Below, one piece after another: positions 10,013-18,930 of a stretch of 64,000 nt of DNA (its first letter is position 1; every line of letters starts with the position of its first letter). The notes under the pieces are model-generated. The model did not search any database. It saw nothing but the letters and a program-made list of their open reading frames with translations, and was not told the origin of the DNA. Position numbers and translations under genes: made by a program. The DNA comes from an uncultured Acidobacteriota bacterium (GTDB taxonomy: Bacteria; Acidobacteriota; Vicinamibacteria; Vicinamibacterales; 2-12-FULL-66-21): assembly GCA_963804245.1 (NCBI GenBank), contig CAWDPQ010000009.1, positions 657,234 to 721,233 of the forward strand. Direction: 5' to 3'.

Positions 10013-13000
10013 TTAGAACAGGAACTTCACGCCAAACCGCGCCTGGATTGGCGCCTGGAACGAACTGTCCTGTAGAAAGCGCGGATCCCGCTCGACAGCC
10101 TGGCTGTTAATCAGATCGGCCAGGTTCAGCTGGCCGCGATAAAACGCCTCTTCCGTCCCGTCCGGTCCGGTCGGCGTCACGCCGTTCACTCGGTGGTAGG
10201 TAGAGAAGCGCCCTGTTGCCGTGTCCTGATTGAAGAGGTTCAGAACATTCAAGCTGAGTTGCAGGCGTCGATTCCCGCCAACCCCGAACTCGTGCTGCAC
10301 CAGCAGGTCGGTCTGCGAGAACGTCGGCGTCCGACCGTCGCTCATGCGCCCGAGATACTGAACTGGCAGATTGTTGCCGGGATAGATGCCGATCTCACGC
10401 GATACCGGCAGACCGCTCGCTAAGTACTGGTTCAGTCCGAATGCAGTCCCTATCGGGAACTGATAGATGGCCTGCGCTTTGAACTGATGCGGCCGATCTG
10501 TAGGCAGGAGTCCGTACACCGGATCGCCGCCGTCCTTGAACATCATCATGGGGTAGTCATAGAGGCGACCAACGTTGGGGCTCGTGCGGCCGTTCTCATC
10601 CGACTGTGACAGGCCAGAATAGTTGCCCCACAGCCGGCTCCACAGATAGCTCGTTCTCAGGGACCAATTGTTAGCAAACCGCCTATCGAATGCCAATTCG
10701 ACGCTGTCGTAGTCGCGCACAGGCTTCGGAACGTTTGCAAGCACCGACCCATCTGCCGCCCTGAAAGCGGGTTCAGCGAGACCCTCGCCCGGGTTGGCGA
10801 TGATGTAGATCTCAGTGCCGCTCGCGTCGAGGGTAGCGGTCTGCGTGTCTTCGATGGCACGGTCGATCTGCTTGTGCACGTAGCGAACGCTGACCGCCAT
10901 GCGGTCGTTGAGCTGGTGCTCGACGCCAGCGGACGCTTCCTGTTGCTTCATCGGCCTCAAGTCCGGCTCGATCGCGCTCGAGCCCACAGAGATGTGCCGG
11001 AAGTCCGTGGTACGCATCAACTGCCCGGGGCAGGCGGGCGGGCAGGAGGAGGAGCTGAGGAGATTCGGCCAGTCGAACGTGTTGAGCGTGTAGTAGTACT
11101 CGAGCCATCGGTCGCCGCCGAACGAGCCACGAGGCAGTTCCAGTTTGAAGATGTCGTAGAAGATTCCCCAATTGCCGAACACCTTCGTCTTCCCGTTGCC
11201 CTTGACGTCGTAGGCGAACCCAAGCCGCGGCGCGATCTTGTCGGCGAAACGGAACTCGATGCCGTCGTTCGGCAAGACGATGCCATCGACGTCCTCACCT
11301 GGCGCGTAGTACGGCACATTCTCACGCTCGGTGCGGATGCCCACGTTGAGCGTCAGCTTGTCGTTGACGGCCCACGCGTCCTGGACGAACAACCCGACGA
11401 CGTTCATGTTGACGTCGCCGAACGTGATGAATCCGCGCTGCGGATCGACCAACTGGCTGCGGACCGAGTAGTAACCATAGGTGCCGCGGCAGGTGCTGGT
11501 CGGCGTGACGATACCGTTACAAGCGGCCGGGTTCGTCGAGAGACGCGAGTTCCAGCGGATCGTGACGCGCGGCCGCGCTTCCCCGGAGTCGACGGCGTTG
11601 CCGAGGCGATCAGCCTGAACTCCGAACTTGATCTGGTGATTGCCCGCGAAGCTACCATACAACGTGCCGTCCGCCTGGAAGTAGAGGCGCGTCTGTTTGT
11701 CCTCCTCGACCTTGAGGTTCGAGAGCACGTTCGAAAAGTTCGTCCCTCGCTGCAGACTCGCTGGGACATCGAGGTAATTGATGTTGTTCGTCGTTGGCCA
11801 GTTGTAGCGCGGTACCTCGGTTACATCCGTGTCGTACTGATTGGCGAGGTAATAGCCGCCACGGAGTCCGACGAACAGTTTCGGCGAGACTACCCAGTCG
11901 ACGTTTCCGGACACCGACCAGTTCGGGAACGTGGACGTCTTGGCGTAGTCGGATCCTGCGGGGTCGGTCGCCTGAAGCGACGGCAACAGGCCCTCGTTGC
12001 GCCGCCAGCTGTTATTAAAGGCAACACGCGTGCGGACGCTGTCGCTCATCTGCGACGTCACGTTGGCCGTTGCGTAATGCGTCTGCGCCGTCCGCTGGTT
12101 GCTGTTGACCTCGCCGATGGGGTTCTGAGCCGTCGAGGCATTGACCGTACGCTCGTACGTCGTAATCTGGGGGAGGTAGGCGCCGTAAAACCAAGCGCGG
12201 TTCGCGGCGATCGGTCCGCCGAGGGAGAAGCCGGGCTCGATGCGGTTGACCTTGTCGTCGGGGTAGCTGATGTACTCGGCGAGGGTGGCATTCGCGGGGT
12301 TCAGGCGCAGCGACCGCACGCCGGTCGCGATCGTCACATCCGTCGTACCCTCAGCCGGGACGGAACCACCCGAGAGCTGGTCTCCTTCCCAGTTGAACAG
12401 TAGGCTGCCACGAAAGGTGTTACTGCCGCTCTTGGTGATTGCATTGATCACGCCGCCGGTAGCACCGCCGAACTCCGCTGTGTAGCCGCTCGACTTGACC
12501 TGCACTTCCTCGATGAAGTCGGCGATCATCCTTTTGCCGGACGTCCCGGTCTGGATGTCCGTCGTCTCGATGCCGTCGATGATGTAGCGGTTCTCACCGG
12601 CGCTCGCCCCGTCGATCGACAGACCGCCCAGCTTCGCTTCCTGATTAGCACCGGGCGCCTGGGTCACGAGGGTCGTAAAGTCACGCCCTTTCGGCAGGAG
12701 CTCGACCTGCTCGGCACGGATGTTTGTCTGCCGCGCGTTCTGCCGCACGTCGACCAGCGGAGATTCAGCGGTCACCTGCACCGACTCGATCACGCCCTGA
12801 AGAGCAAGCGCGAAGTCCACTTTCTTGACCTGTCCGAGGCCGATCCGCACGTCGTTCACCGTGCCGGGCGCGAAGCTCGCCAGGTTGGCGGTGACGACGT
12901 AAGTTCCCGGCGCAACGGCGGGGAACCGATAGTTGCCGGCCGCGTCAGACGTTGTCGACAAGACCGCTCCGTTCTCGGCCTTCGCCTCAACCGTCGCGCC

Positions 13001-13123
13001 CGGGAGCACCGCTCCCGACGCGTCCCTGACGACGCCTTCGATCGATCCACGAAGTTCCTGGGCCGCCAGCGGCGACGCCAGGAGCAGCGCGACCATCATT
13101 GCGGCGAATGTGCGTACTCGCAT
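10013..13123 (-). CDS. TonB-dependent receptor with N-terminal carboxypeptidase-regulatory-like domain
   Basis: Start moved to ATG 13123 (MRVRTFAAMMVALLLASPLAAQ signal peptide, GGAGGA 10 nt upstream). The 180 codons further upstream in the ORF track look like non-coding leader. Contains a CarboxypepD_reg-like segment (GSIEGVVRDASGAVLPGATVE), a plug/barrel region and the terminal motif ..RFGVKFLF. Confidence 0.9.
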   Translation of the reverse strand: MRVRTFAAMMVALLLASPLAAQELRGSIEGVVRDASGAVLPGATVEAKAENGAVLSTTSDAAGNYRFPAVAPGTYVVTANLASFAPGTVNDVRIGLGQVKKVDFALALQGVIESVQVTAESPLVDVRQNARQTNIRAEQVELLPKGRDFTTLVTQAPGANQEAKLGGLSIDGASAGENRYIIDGIETTDIQTGTSGKRMIADFIEEVQVKSSGYTAEFGGATGGVINAITKSGSNTFRGSLLFNWEGDQLSGGSVPAEGTTDVTIATGVRSLRLNPANATLAEYISYPDDKVNRIEPGFSLGGPIAANRAWFYGAYLPQITTYERTVNASTAQNPIGEVNSNQRTAQTHYATANVTSQMSDSVRTRVAFNNSWRRNEGLLPSLQATDPAGSDYAKTSTFPNWSVSGNVDWVVSPKLFVGLRGGYYLANQYDTDVTEVPRYNWPTTNNINYLDVPASLQRGTNFSNVLSNLKVEEDKQTRLYFQADGTLYGSFAGNHQIKFGVQADRLGNAVDSGEARPRVTIRWNSRLSTNPAACNGIVTPTSTCRGTYGYYSVRSQLVDPQRGFITFGDVNMNVVGLFVQDAWAVNDKLTLNVGIRTERENVPYYAPGEDVDGIVLPNDGIEFRFADKIAPRLGFAYDVKGNGKTKVFGNWGIFYDIFKLELPRGSFGGDRWLEYYYTLNTFDWPNLLSSSSCPPACPGQLMRTTDFRHISVGSSAIEPDLRPMKQQEASAGVEHQLNDRMAVSVRYVHKQIDRAIEDTQTATLDASGTEIYIIANPGEGLAEPAFRAADGSVLANVPKPVRDYDSVELAFDRRFANNWSLRTSYLWSRLWGNYSGLSQSDENGRTSPNVGRLYDYPMMMFKDGGDPVYGLLPTDRPHQFKAQAIYQFPIGTAFGLNQYLASGLPVSREIGIYPGNNLPVQYLGRMSDGRTPTFSQTDLLVQHEFGVGGNRRLQLSLNVLNLFNQDTATGRFSTYHRVNGVTPTGPDGTEEAFYRGQLNLADLINSQAVERDPRFLQDSSFQAPIQARFGVKFLF

Positions 13124-13486
13124 CGCTGATTCATCCTCCATCAAACAAAAAAACCACGATGTCAGCGGGAGTGCCGTCGTCGACCGAAGTGGGGACCGGA
13201 CTCGCCGTGACAGGGAATGAGCCGGGAGAGCATGGGTCCGGCGGTGTGACGATTTGCACTCTTTGTACCCACCATTCGTCCCACCTTTCCTCAGCATTTT
13301 CATGCATTTAGCCACGCCCATTGGCTCACTCGTCACGGATATCCGAATAGTTGAATCCAAAGATCTGAAGAAATGGTCGTTTTCCCACCACTGCTGTTTG
13401 CGCATTCGTCCCTGGCGGCTGGGAATCTGCCCTGGGATGCGCGCCAAACGGCGCTGCGAGCGAGCGTGAAATATCATTGAAAGGTT

Positions 13487-14701
13487 ATGGACCCGGACCC
13501 CGGCGGTGTCGTGATCGTCGGTGCCGCGCGAACACCGATCGGCCGTTTCGGTGGCGTGTTTCGCACCGTGCACCCGGCGGATCTCGCCGCCGCCGCCACT
13601 CGGGCGGCGCTCGAACGCGCGGCAGTCCCACTCGAGACCGTCGAGGAGGTGCTGATGGGCCATGCCCGCCAGGCGGGATCCGGCCCGAATACCGCGCGGC
13701 AGGTCGTCAAACGGGCCGGTCTTCCCGAGGCGGTGCCCGCGTACACGATCAATAAGGCGTGCGCATCGAGCCTGCAGGCGGTCGCGTCGGGCGCCCAGTC
13801 GATTCTCACTGGCGAATCAGAGATCGTGGTCGCTGGTGGCATGGAGTCGATGAGCCGCGTGCCGTACTTCGTGAACGCCGAGGACGCGCGTTGGGGTCAC
13901 AAGATGGGGCAGTTCGCGCTCATTGATGCGATGTATCGCGACGGATTCACCTGCTCGCTGTGCGGTCTCATCATGGGGGAGACGGCGGAAATACTGGCGC
14001 ACCAGTACGGCATCACGCGTGAGGAGTCCGACGTCTACGCCCTCGAAACGCAACGCCGCACTGCAGCCGCACACGCCGCCGGACGTTTCAATGAAGAAAT
14101 CGTTCCGGTCACGGTCACTGATGCGAAGGGCACGTCGACCGTCGTCTCCGTTGACGAGCATCCGCGGCCGGAGACCACGATTGACAGCCTGCGAAAGCTG
14201 CCGCTGGTGTTCGGCGAGGTTGAGGGACAGACCGGCATCATTACTGCCGGGACGTCGTCGGGGATCACCGACGGCGCCGCGGCCGTGGTCTTGATGTCGG
14301 GACGCAGGGCACGTTCATCCGATGTCCCGGCACGTGCGCGAATCCTCGGCTGGGCAACCGCAGCCGTGAACCCACGCATCATGGGCATTGGACCGGTGCC
14401 GGCGGTCAGGAAACTCTTGTCCCGTCTCAAGCTGACCTTGGACGACTTCGATCTGGTGGAGTTGAACGAGGCCTTCGCGCCCCAGGTGCTGGCCGTTCTC
14501 CGCGACCTGCCCATTCCGCTCGAGAAGTTGAACGTGAACGGCGGCGCAATCGCGCTCGGACATCCGATTGGTGCGACCGGCGCACGCATGCTCGTCACGC
14601 TCCTGCACGAGATGGAAAAACGGAATGTTCGACGCGGCCTGGCGACGCTGTGCGTCAGCGGCGGGCTCGGAATGGCAATGGCGATAGAGCGGAGTCGTTA
14701 G
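13487..14701 (+). CDS. acetyl-CoA C-acetyltransferase (thiolase)
   Basis: Thiolase motifs: NKACASSL (active Cys), NEAFA, NVNGGAIALGHPIGATG and CVSGGLG. 404 aa. Confidence 0.95.
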   Translation: MDPDPGGVVIVGAARTPIGRFGGVFRTVHPADLAAAATRAALERAAVPLETVEEVLMGHARQAGSGPNTARQVVKRAGLPEAVPAYTINKACASSLQAVASGAQSILTGESEIVVAGGMESMSRVPYFVNAEDARWGHKMGQFALIDAMYRDGFTCSLCGLIMGETAEILAHQYGITREESDVYALETQRRTAAAHAAGRFNEEIVPVTVTDAKGTSTVVSVDEHPRPETTIDSLRKLPLVFGEVEGQTGIITAGTSSGITDGAAAVVLMSGRRARSSDVPARARILGWATAAVNPRIMGIGPVPAVRKLLSRLKLTLDDFDLVELNEAFAPQVLAVLRDLPIPLEKLNVNGGAIALGHPIGATGARMLVTLLHEMEKRNVRRGLATLCVSGGLGMAMAIERSR

Positions 14702-14735
14702 TCGACAGTCGTTAGTCGTCGCCAGTCGCAGTCGG
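14693..14735. repeat. degenerate heptamer tandem array (AGTCGNN)
   Basis: AGTCGTT AGTCGAC AGTCGTT AGTCGTC GCC AGTCGC AGTCGG. The thiolase stop TAG (14699-14701) lies inside the array. Confidence 0.85.
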
Positions 14736-14841
14736 GCGCAAGCGGAGAAACAGCCGGGTGGCTCACAGCCTAGCGGAGATGAAAGCGGACAGTCGCAGAT
14801 AGACAGCGGCCCGAGCGACCAAGCGAGGGCTGGCAGGCGAT

Positions 14842-14966
14842 GGGGGTGCCCGCCTCCGCTGGTCGCGGAGAGTGCGGGCGACCAGCTACGGCGAGGTCTC
14901 GCCGTAGCGCGCGTGAACGTTGGCGCGCGGAGGCGGAGGGCCCCAAGCGCACTAATAAATGCAGAC
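14842..14966 (+). repeat. GC-rich structured repeat, family R2, copy a
   Basis: ~120 nt, near-identical to 51747..51865. Nested palindromes: CGCCTCCGC/GCGGAGGCG outer, CTGGTCGC/GCGACCAG, GCTACGGCGA/TCGCCGTAGC. Ends with GGGCCCCAAGCGCACTAATAAATGCAGAC, 25 nt before the next gene. Confidence 0.85.
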
Positions 14967-14990
14967 CAAACGTTTCGAGATATCCGTATT

Positions 14991-16043
14991 TTGAAAATTG
15001 CAATCATCCCCGGCGATGGAATCGGCAAAGAAGTAACCGCCGAGGCCGTGAAGGTTCTCGGCGCGGTGGGGGAGTGCTTCGGTCGTCGCTTCGATCTCGA
15101 GCACCTGCCCTGGAGCGCCGACTACTATCTCGAGACCGGCACCACGATTCCGTCGGGCGGCTACGACACGCTGCGGCAGTTCGACGCGATCTTCATCGGC
15201 GCGCTCGGCGATCCGCGTGTGCCCGACAATCGGCACGCCCGGGACATCCTGCTCGGCACCCGCTTCGAGCTGGATCTCTACGTCAACCAGCGGCCGGTCA
15301 AGCTGCTCGACGAGCGGCTGTGTCCCTTGAAGGGGCGCCTTCCCGTCGATATCGAGTTCACGGTCTTCCGCGAGAACACGGAAGGCCTTTACGTCGGCAT
15401 CGGAGGCCGCTTCAAGGCCGGCAGCGAAGACGAGATTGCCATTCAGGAGGAGGTCAACACCTGGAAGGGTGTCAACCGAATCATCCGTCACGCCTTCGAC
15501 TTCGCTCAGAAGCGAGGTCTCGGTCGGGTGACGATGGCGGATAAGAGCAATGCGATGTCGCACGGGCACGCGCTGTGGCAGCGTGTGTTCGCCGAGGTTT
15601 CGAAGGAGTATCCCTCGATCGCCGCCACGCACTACTACATCGACGCGCTCGCGATGTACCTGGTTCTCGATCCGGCGCAGTTCCGGGTGATCGTCACCAA
15701 CAACCTCTTCGGCGACATCATCACCGACCTGGCAGCGACGTTCCAGGGAGGGCTCGGCATGGCGGCCTCCGGAAATATTCATCCCGGCCGCACGTCGATG
15801 TTCGAGCCGGTGCATGGCTCCGCGCCGAAGTTCGCCGGAAAAAACATCGCCAACCCGATCGGTGCGATTGCCTCTGCCGGGTTGATGCTCGAAACGCTCG
15901 GCCTCGAGGCGGAAGCGTCGGCGGTCGAGGCGGCAGTGCTTGAGGCGGTGCGGGAAAATCAGGTGACGCAGGATATCGGCGGCAAACTCGGAACGCGGGA
16001 AGCGGGGGATTTCATTGCCGGGCAGGTTCGCCAGACGTTCTGA
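14991..16043 (+). CDS. isocitrate/isopropylmalate dehydrogenase family enzyme (tartrate/D-malate/3-isopropylmalate dehydrogenase-like)
   Basis: TTG start giving (M)KIAIIPGDGIGKEV. Also FDAIFIGALGDP, VFRENTEG, NLFGDIITDL and FEPVHGSAP. The upstream part of the ORF-track entry is translated repeat sequence. Confidence 0.85.
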   Translation: MKIAIIPGDGIGKEVTAEAVKVLGAVGECFGRRFDLEHLPWSADYYLETGTTIPSGGYDTLRQFDAIFIGALGDPRVPDNRHARDILLGTRFELDLYVNQRPVKLLDERLCPLKGRLPVDIEFTVFRENTEGLYVGIGGRFKAGSEDEIAIQEEVNTWKGVNRIIRHAFDFAQKRGLGRVTMADKSNAMSHGHALWQRVFAEVSKEYPSIAATHYYIDALAMYLVLDPAQFRVIVTNNLFGDIITDLAATFQGGLGMAASGNIHPGRTSMFEPVHGSAPKFAGKNIANPIGAIASAGLMLETLGLEAEASAVEAAVLEAVRENQVTQDIGGKLGTREAGDFIAGQVRQTF

Positions 16044-16060
16044 AGACCATGTCTATGTCA

Positions 16061-16209
16061 AATCCCAACCTCCAATTCCCAACTCCCAAAACGGGATGGC
16101 CGAAGCATTGGTGCTTAGATCGCGAATGCACCCCCCGATCGAACGAATTTCACCCAGATCGTACGTTCGGCTCGGTTGGGAGTTGGGAGTTGGAAATTGG
16201 GAGTTGAGG
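16061..16209. repeat. heptamer-array hairpin element
   Basis: Left arm TCCCAAC CTCCAAT TCCCAAC TCCCAAA (16061-16092) and right arm TTGGGAG TTGGGAG TTGGAAA TTGGGAG TTGAGG (16174-16209) are imperfect reverse complements around an ~80 nt core. It starts 18 nt after the stop of 14991..16043. Confidence 0.8.
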
Positions 16210-16220
16210 CCCAGAGACCC

Positions 16221-17402
16221 ATGATCAAAGACATCTACATCCTGGGCGGCGCGCGCACGCCCATGGCGGACTACACGGGCAAGCTCAAGGACTTTTCGGC
16301 GATCGATCTCGGTGCGATTGCTGCGCGCGCGGCGATGGAGCGTACCAGCGTGCCACCCGAGGCGATAGAGCACGTCGTCTTTGGCAACGTCATGCAGACG
16401 AGCTCGGACGCTGTATACGGTGCGCGTCATGTGGGCCTGAAGGCAGGCCTGCCGATCGAAGTGCCCGCGTTGACGGTCAACCGGCTGTGTGGATCCGGCA
16501 TTCAAGCGGCCGTCAGCGGAGCGCAGATGATCCTGCTCGACGAGGCGGACGTCGTGCTCACGGGCGGCATGGAGAGCATGAGCCAGGCACCGCACGTGAT
16601 CCGCGGACTTCGGACCGGACTCCGTTTTGGCCAGGGCCAGCTCGAAGACACGCTCTGGACCGCCTTGCTCGACACCCACTGCGGCTGCACGATGGCGGCG
16701 ACTGCAGAAAACTGTGCCGCACAGTATGGTGTGTCGCGTGAGGAGCAGGACTGCTACGCGCTTCGCAGTCAGCAGCTCGCCGATCGGGCGTGGAAGAACG
16801 GGCGGCTGAAGGAAGAGGTCGTGCCGATCGAGATCAAGACCCGCAAAGGCGTGGAGACATTCGCCCAGGACGATCACCTGCGGCCGGATTCGACGCCCGA
16901 GGGGCTGGCCCGGCTGCCACCCGCCTTCAATAAGAATGGCTGCGTCACCGCCGGCAATGCCTCCGGCATCGTCGACGGCGGTGCGGCGCTGATCCTCGCA
17001 TCGGAGAAAGGTCTTCGTGCAAACGGCCTGACACCGATTGCCCGGCTCACTCACTGGGCCTCCGTTGGAGTGGATCCGGCGCTGATGGGCATGGGCCCGG
17101 CTCCCGCGACACGTAAAGTGCTCGACCGGGCGAGACTGACGCTGAAGGACATCGATCTCATCGAAGTCAACGAGGCGTTCGCCGCCCAATATCTTTCCGT
17201 CGAGAAGGAGCTCGGCCTCGATCGCGATCGCGTGAACGTCAACGGCGGCGCCATCGCCCTCGGGCACCCGCTCGGAATGACCGGCACCCGGCTGCTTCTT
17301 ACCCTCACCCTGGAGCTGCGACGGCGGCAGTTGAAACGTGGCCTGGCCACGGCCTGTATCGGCGGCGGTCAGGGGATCGCCGCGATCGTGGAAACGGTCT
17401 GA
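16221..17402 (+). CDS. acetyl-CoA C-acetyltransferase (thiolase), second paralogue
   Basis: Start at ATG 16221 (MIKDIYILGGARTPM). Motifs NRLCGSG, NEAFAAQ, NVNGGAIALGHPLGMTG and CIGGGQG. Confidence 0.95.
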   Translation: MIKDIYILGGARTPMADYTGKLKDFSAIDLGAIAARAAMERTSVPPEAIEHVVFGNVMQTSSDAVYGARHVGLKAGLPIEVPALTVNRLCGSGIQAAVSGAQMILLDEADVVLTGGMESMSQAPHVIRGLRTGLRFGQGQLEDTLWTALLDTHCGCTMAATAENCAAQYGVSREEQDCYALRSQQLADRAWKNGRLKEEVVPIEIKTRKGVETFAQDDHLRPDSTPEGLARLPPAFNKNGCVTAGNASGIVDGGAALILASEKGLRANGLTPIARLTHWASVGVDPALMGMGPAPATRKVLDRARLTLKDIDLIEVNEAFAAQYLSVEKELGLDRDRVNVNGGAIALGHPLGMTGTRLLLTLTLELRRRQLKRGLATACIGGGQGIAAIVETV

Positions 17403-17410
17403 GGAGGCTC

Positions 17411-18259
17411 ATGGAAATCAAGACGGTCGGCGTGCTCGGTTGCGGCTTGATGGGATCGGGCATCGCCCAGGTGTGCGCCGCATCGGGATACAAGACGATC
17501 GTGCGCGAGGTGGATCAGGGCGTGCTCGACAAGGGGCTGAGCCGCCTGCGCAAGTTTCTCAACGACGGAGTCGAAAAAGGCAAGGTCACGCCCGAGACGC
17601 GCGATCAGACGCTCGCCAACCTGTCGGGCACCATCAGCTTCGCCGACCTCGGAAAATGTGACCTCGTTATCGAAGCCATCATCGAGGACGTCGAGGCGAA
17701 GAGCGGGAGCTACTCGGCGCTCGATGCGGTCGTGTCCGACCATACGATCTTCTGCTCGAATACGTCTTCGCTGTGCATCACCGAGCTCGCGGCAAAGACG
17801 AAGCGGCCGGACCGCTTCGCCGGCCTGCACTTCTTCAATCCTGTACCCATCATGAAGCTCGTCGAAGTCATCCGATCGCTCACGACGAGCGATGAGACGT
17901 ATCGAACCGTCTTCGCCTTCGCGCAATCGCTGGGCAAAGACCCAATCACTGCGCCCGACAAGCCCGGGTTCATCGTGAACCGCCTGCTCGTCCCGTATCT
18001 CCTCGATGCCATCCGATCGTTCGAGCATGGCCTCGGTACCGTCGAAGACATCGACAAGGGCATGAAGCTCGGCACGGGCTATCCGATGGGCCCGTTCACT
18101 TTGCTGGACTTCGTCGGTCTCGACACCACGTACTACATCGCCAACATCATGTTCGAGGAGTATCGCGAGCCGGCCTATGCGCCACCGCCTTTGCTCAAGC
18201 GCATGGTGCTCGCTGGACGTCTCGGGAAAAAATCGGGGCAGGGATTTTACAAATACTGA
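17411..18259 (+). CDS. hbd: 3-hydroxybutyryl-CoA dehydrogenase
   Basis: GAGGAGG 5 nt upstream. Rossmann motif GVLGCGLMGSGIA, plus HFFNPVP and GFIVNRLL. 282 aa. Confidence 0.93.
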   Translation: MEIKTVGVLGCGLMGSGIAQVCAASGYKTIVREVDQGVLDKGLSRLRKFLNDGVEKGKVTPETRDQTLANLSGTISFADLGKCDLVIEAIIEDVEAKSGSYSALDAVVSDHTIFCSNTSSLCITELAAKTKRPDRFAGLHFFNPVPIMKLVEVIRSLTTSDETYRTVFAFAQSLGKDPITAPDKPGFIVNRLLVPYLLDAIRSFEHGLGTVEDIDKGMKLGTGYPMGPFTLLDFVGLDTTYYIANIMFEEYREPAYAPPPLLKRMVLAGRLGKKSGQGFYKY

Positions 18260-18365
18260 CTCGGGGCTCGGGGGCTCGGGGGGCTCGGGGCAGCGCCTGC
18301 GGCCCGAGCGAGGCGCGAAGCCGCCGAGCGAGAGCGAGCGGGGGGGCCCCGCGAGCGCTGAGAGA
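18260..18365 (+). repeat. GGGGCTC tandem array + MITE-like core, family R1, copy a
   Basis: The array CTCGGGGCTCGGGGGCTCGGGGGGCTCGGGG starts right after the hbd stop. The core follows: CAGCGCCTGCGGCCCGAGCGAGGCGCGAAGCCGCCGAGCGAGAGCGAGCGGGGGGGCCCCGCGAGCGCTGAGAG. Confidence 0.85.
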
Positions 18366-18381
18366 TGCTCGGACTCCCGCC

Positions 18382-18930
18382 TCAGAGCGGTTTGCGAATC
18401 AAGGTCAGGAACTCACTGCGCGTGCGGGCATCCGTTCTGAATGATCCGAGCATGGCGCTGGTGATGGCAGCCGAGTTCTGCTTCTCCACACCGCGCATCG
18501 ACATGCACAGGTGGGTAGCTTCCATCACGACGCCGACGCCGAGCGGGTCGATTTTCTCGCGGATGGTCTCGGCGATCTGATTGGTCAGCCGTTCCTGCAC
18601 CTGCAGACGTCGCGAGTACATCTCGACCAGCCGCGGAATCTTGCTCAACCCGACCACTTTGTCGCGCGGTATGTAGGCGACGTGGCAGCGGCCGAAGAAC
18701 GGCAGCAGATGGTGCTCGCACAGACTGTAGAAGTCGATGTCTTTGACGATCACCATCTCGGTATAATCGACGGTGAACAGCGCGTTGTTCAGCACCGCAT
18801 CCGGGTCGGCGCCATAACCGCTCGTCAGAAAGCTCAGCGCTTTTTCGACGCGTCTCGGCGTGTTCCGCAGGCCCTCGCGCGATGGATCCTCGCCTAGCGC
18901 CACGAGCAATTGACGAATGATGTCCTGCAT
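18382..18930 (-). CDS. folE: GTP cyclohydrolase I
   Basis: [28 protein letters not shown].., CEHHLLPF, and [15 protein letters not shown]. 182 aa. Confidence 0.95.
   Translation of the reverse strand: MQDIIRQLLVALGEDPSREGLRNTPRRVEKALSFLTSGYGADPDAVLNNALFTVDYTEMVIVKDIDFYSLCEHHLLPFFGRCHVAYIPRDKVVGLSKIPRLVEMYSRRLQVQERLTNQIAETIREKIDPLGVGVVMEATHLCMSMRGVEKQNSAAITSAMLGSFRTDARTRSEFLTLIRKPL

Noticed and set aside
13124-13663. 180-codon N-terminal extension of the TonB-dependent receptor ORF (ORF track 10013..13663).
   Set aside because: The extension has no signal peptide and overlaps the thiolase start on the other strand. An internal ATG (13123) with GGAGGA upstream gives a canonical signal peptide.
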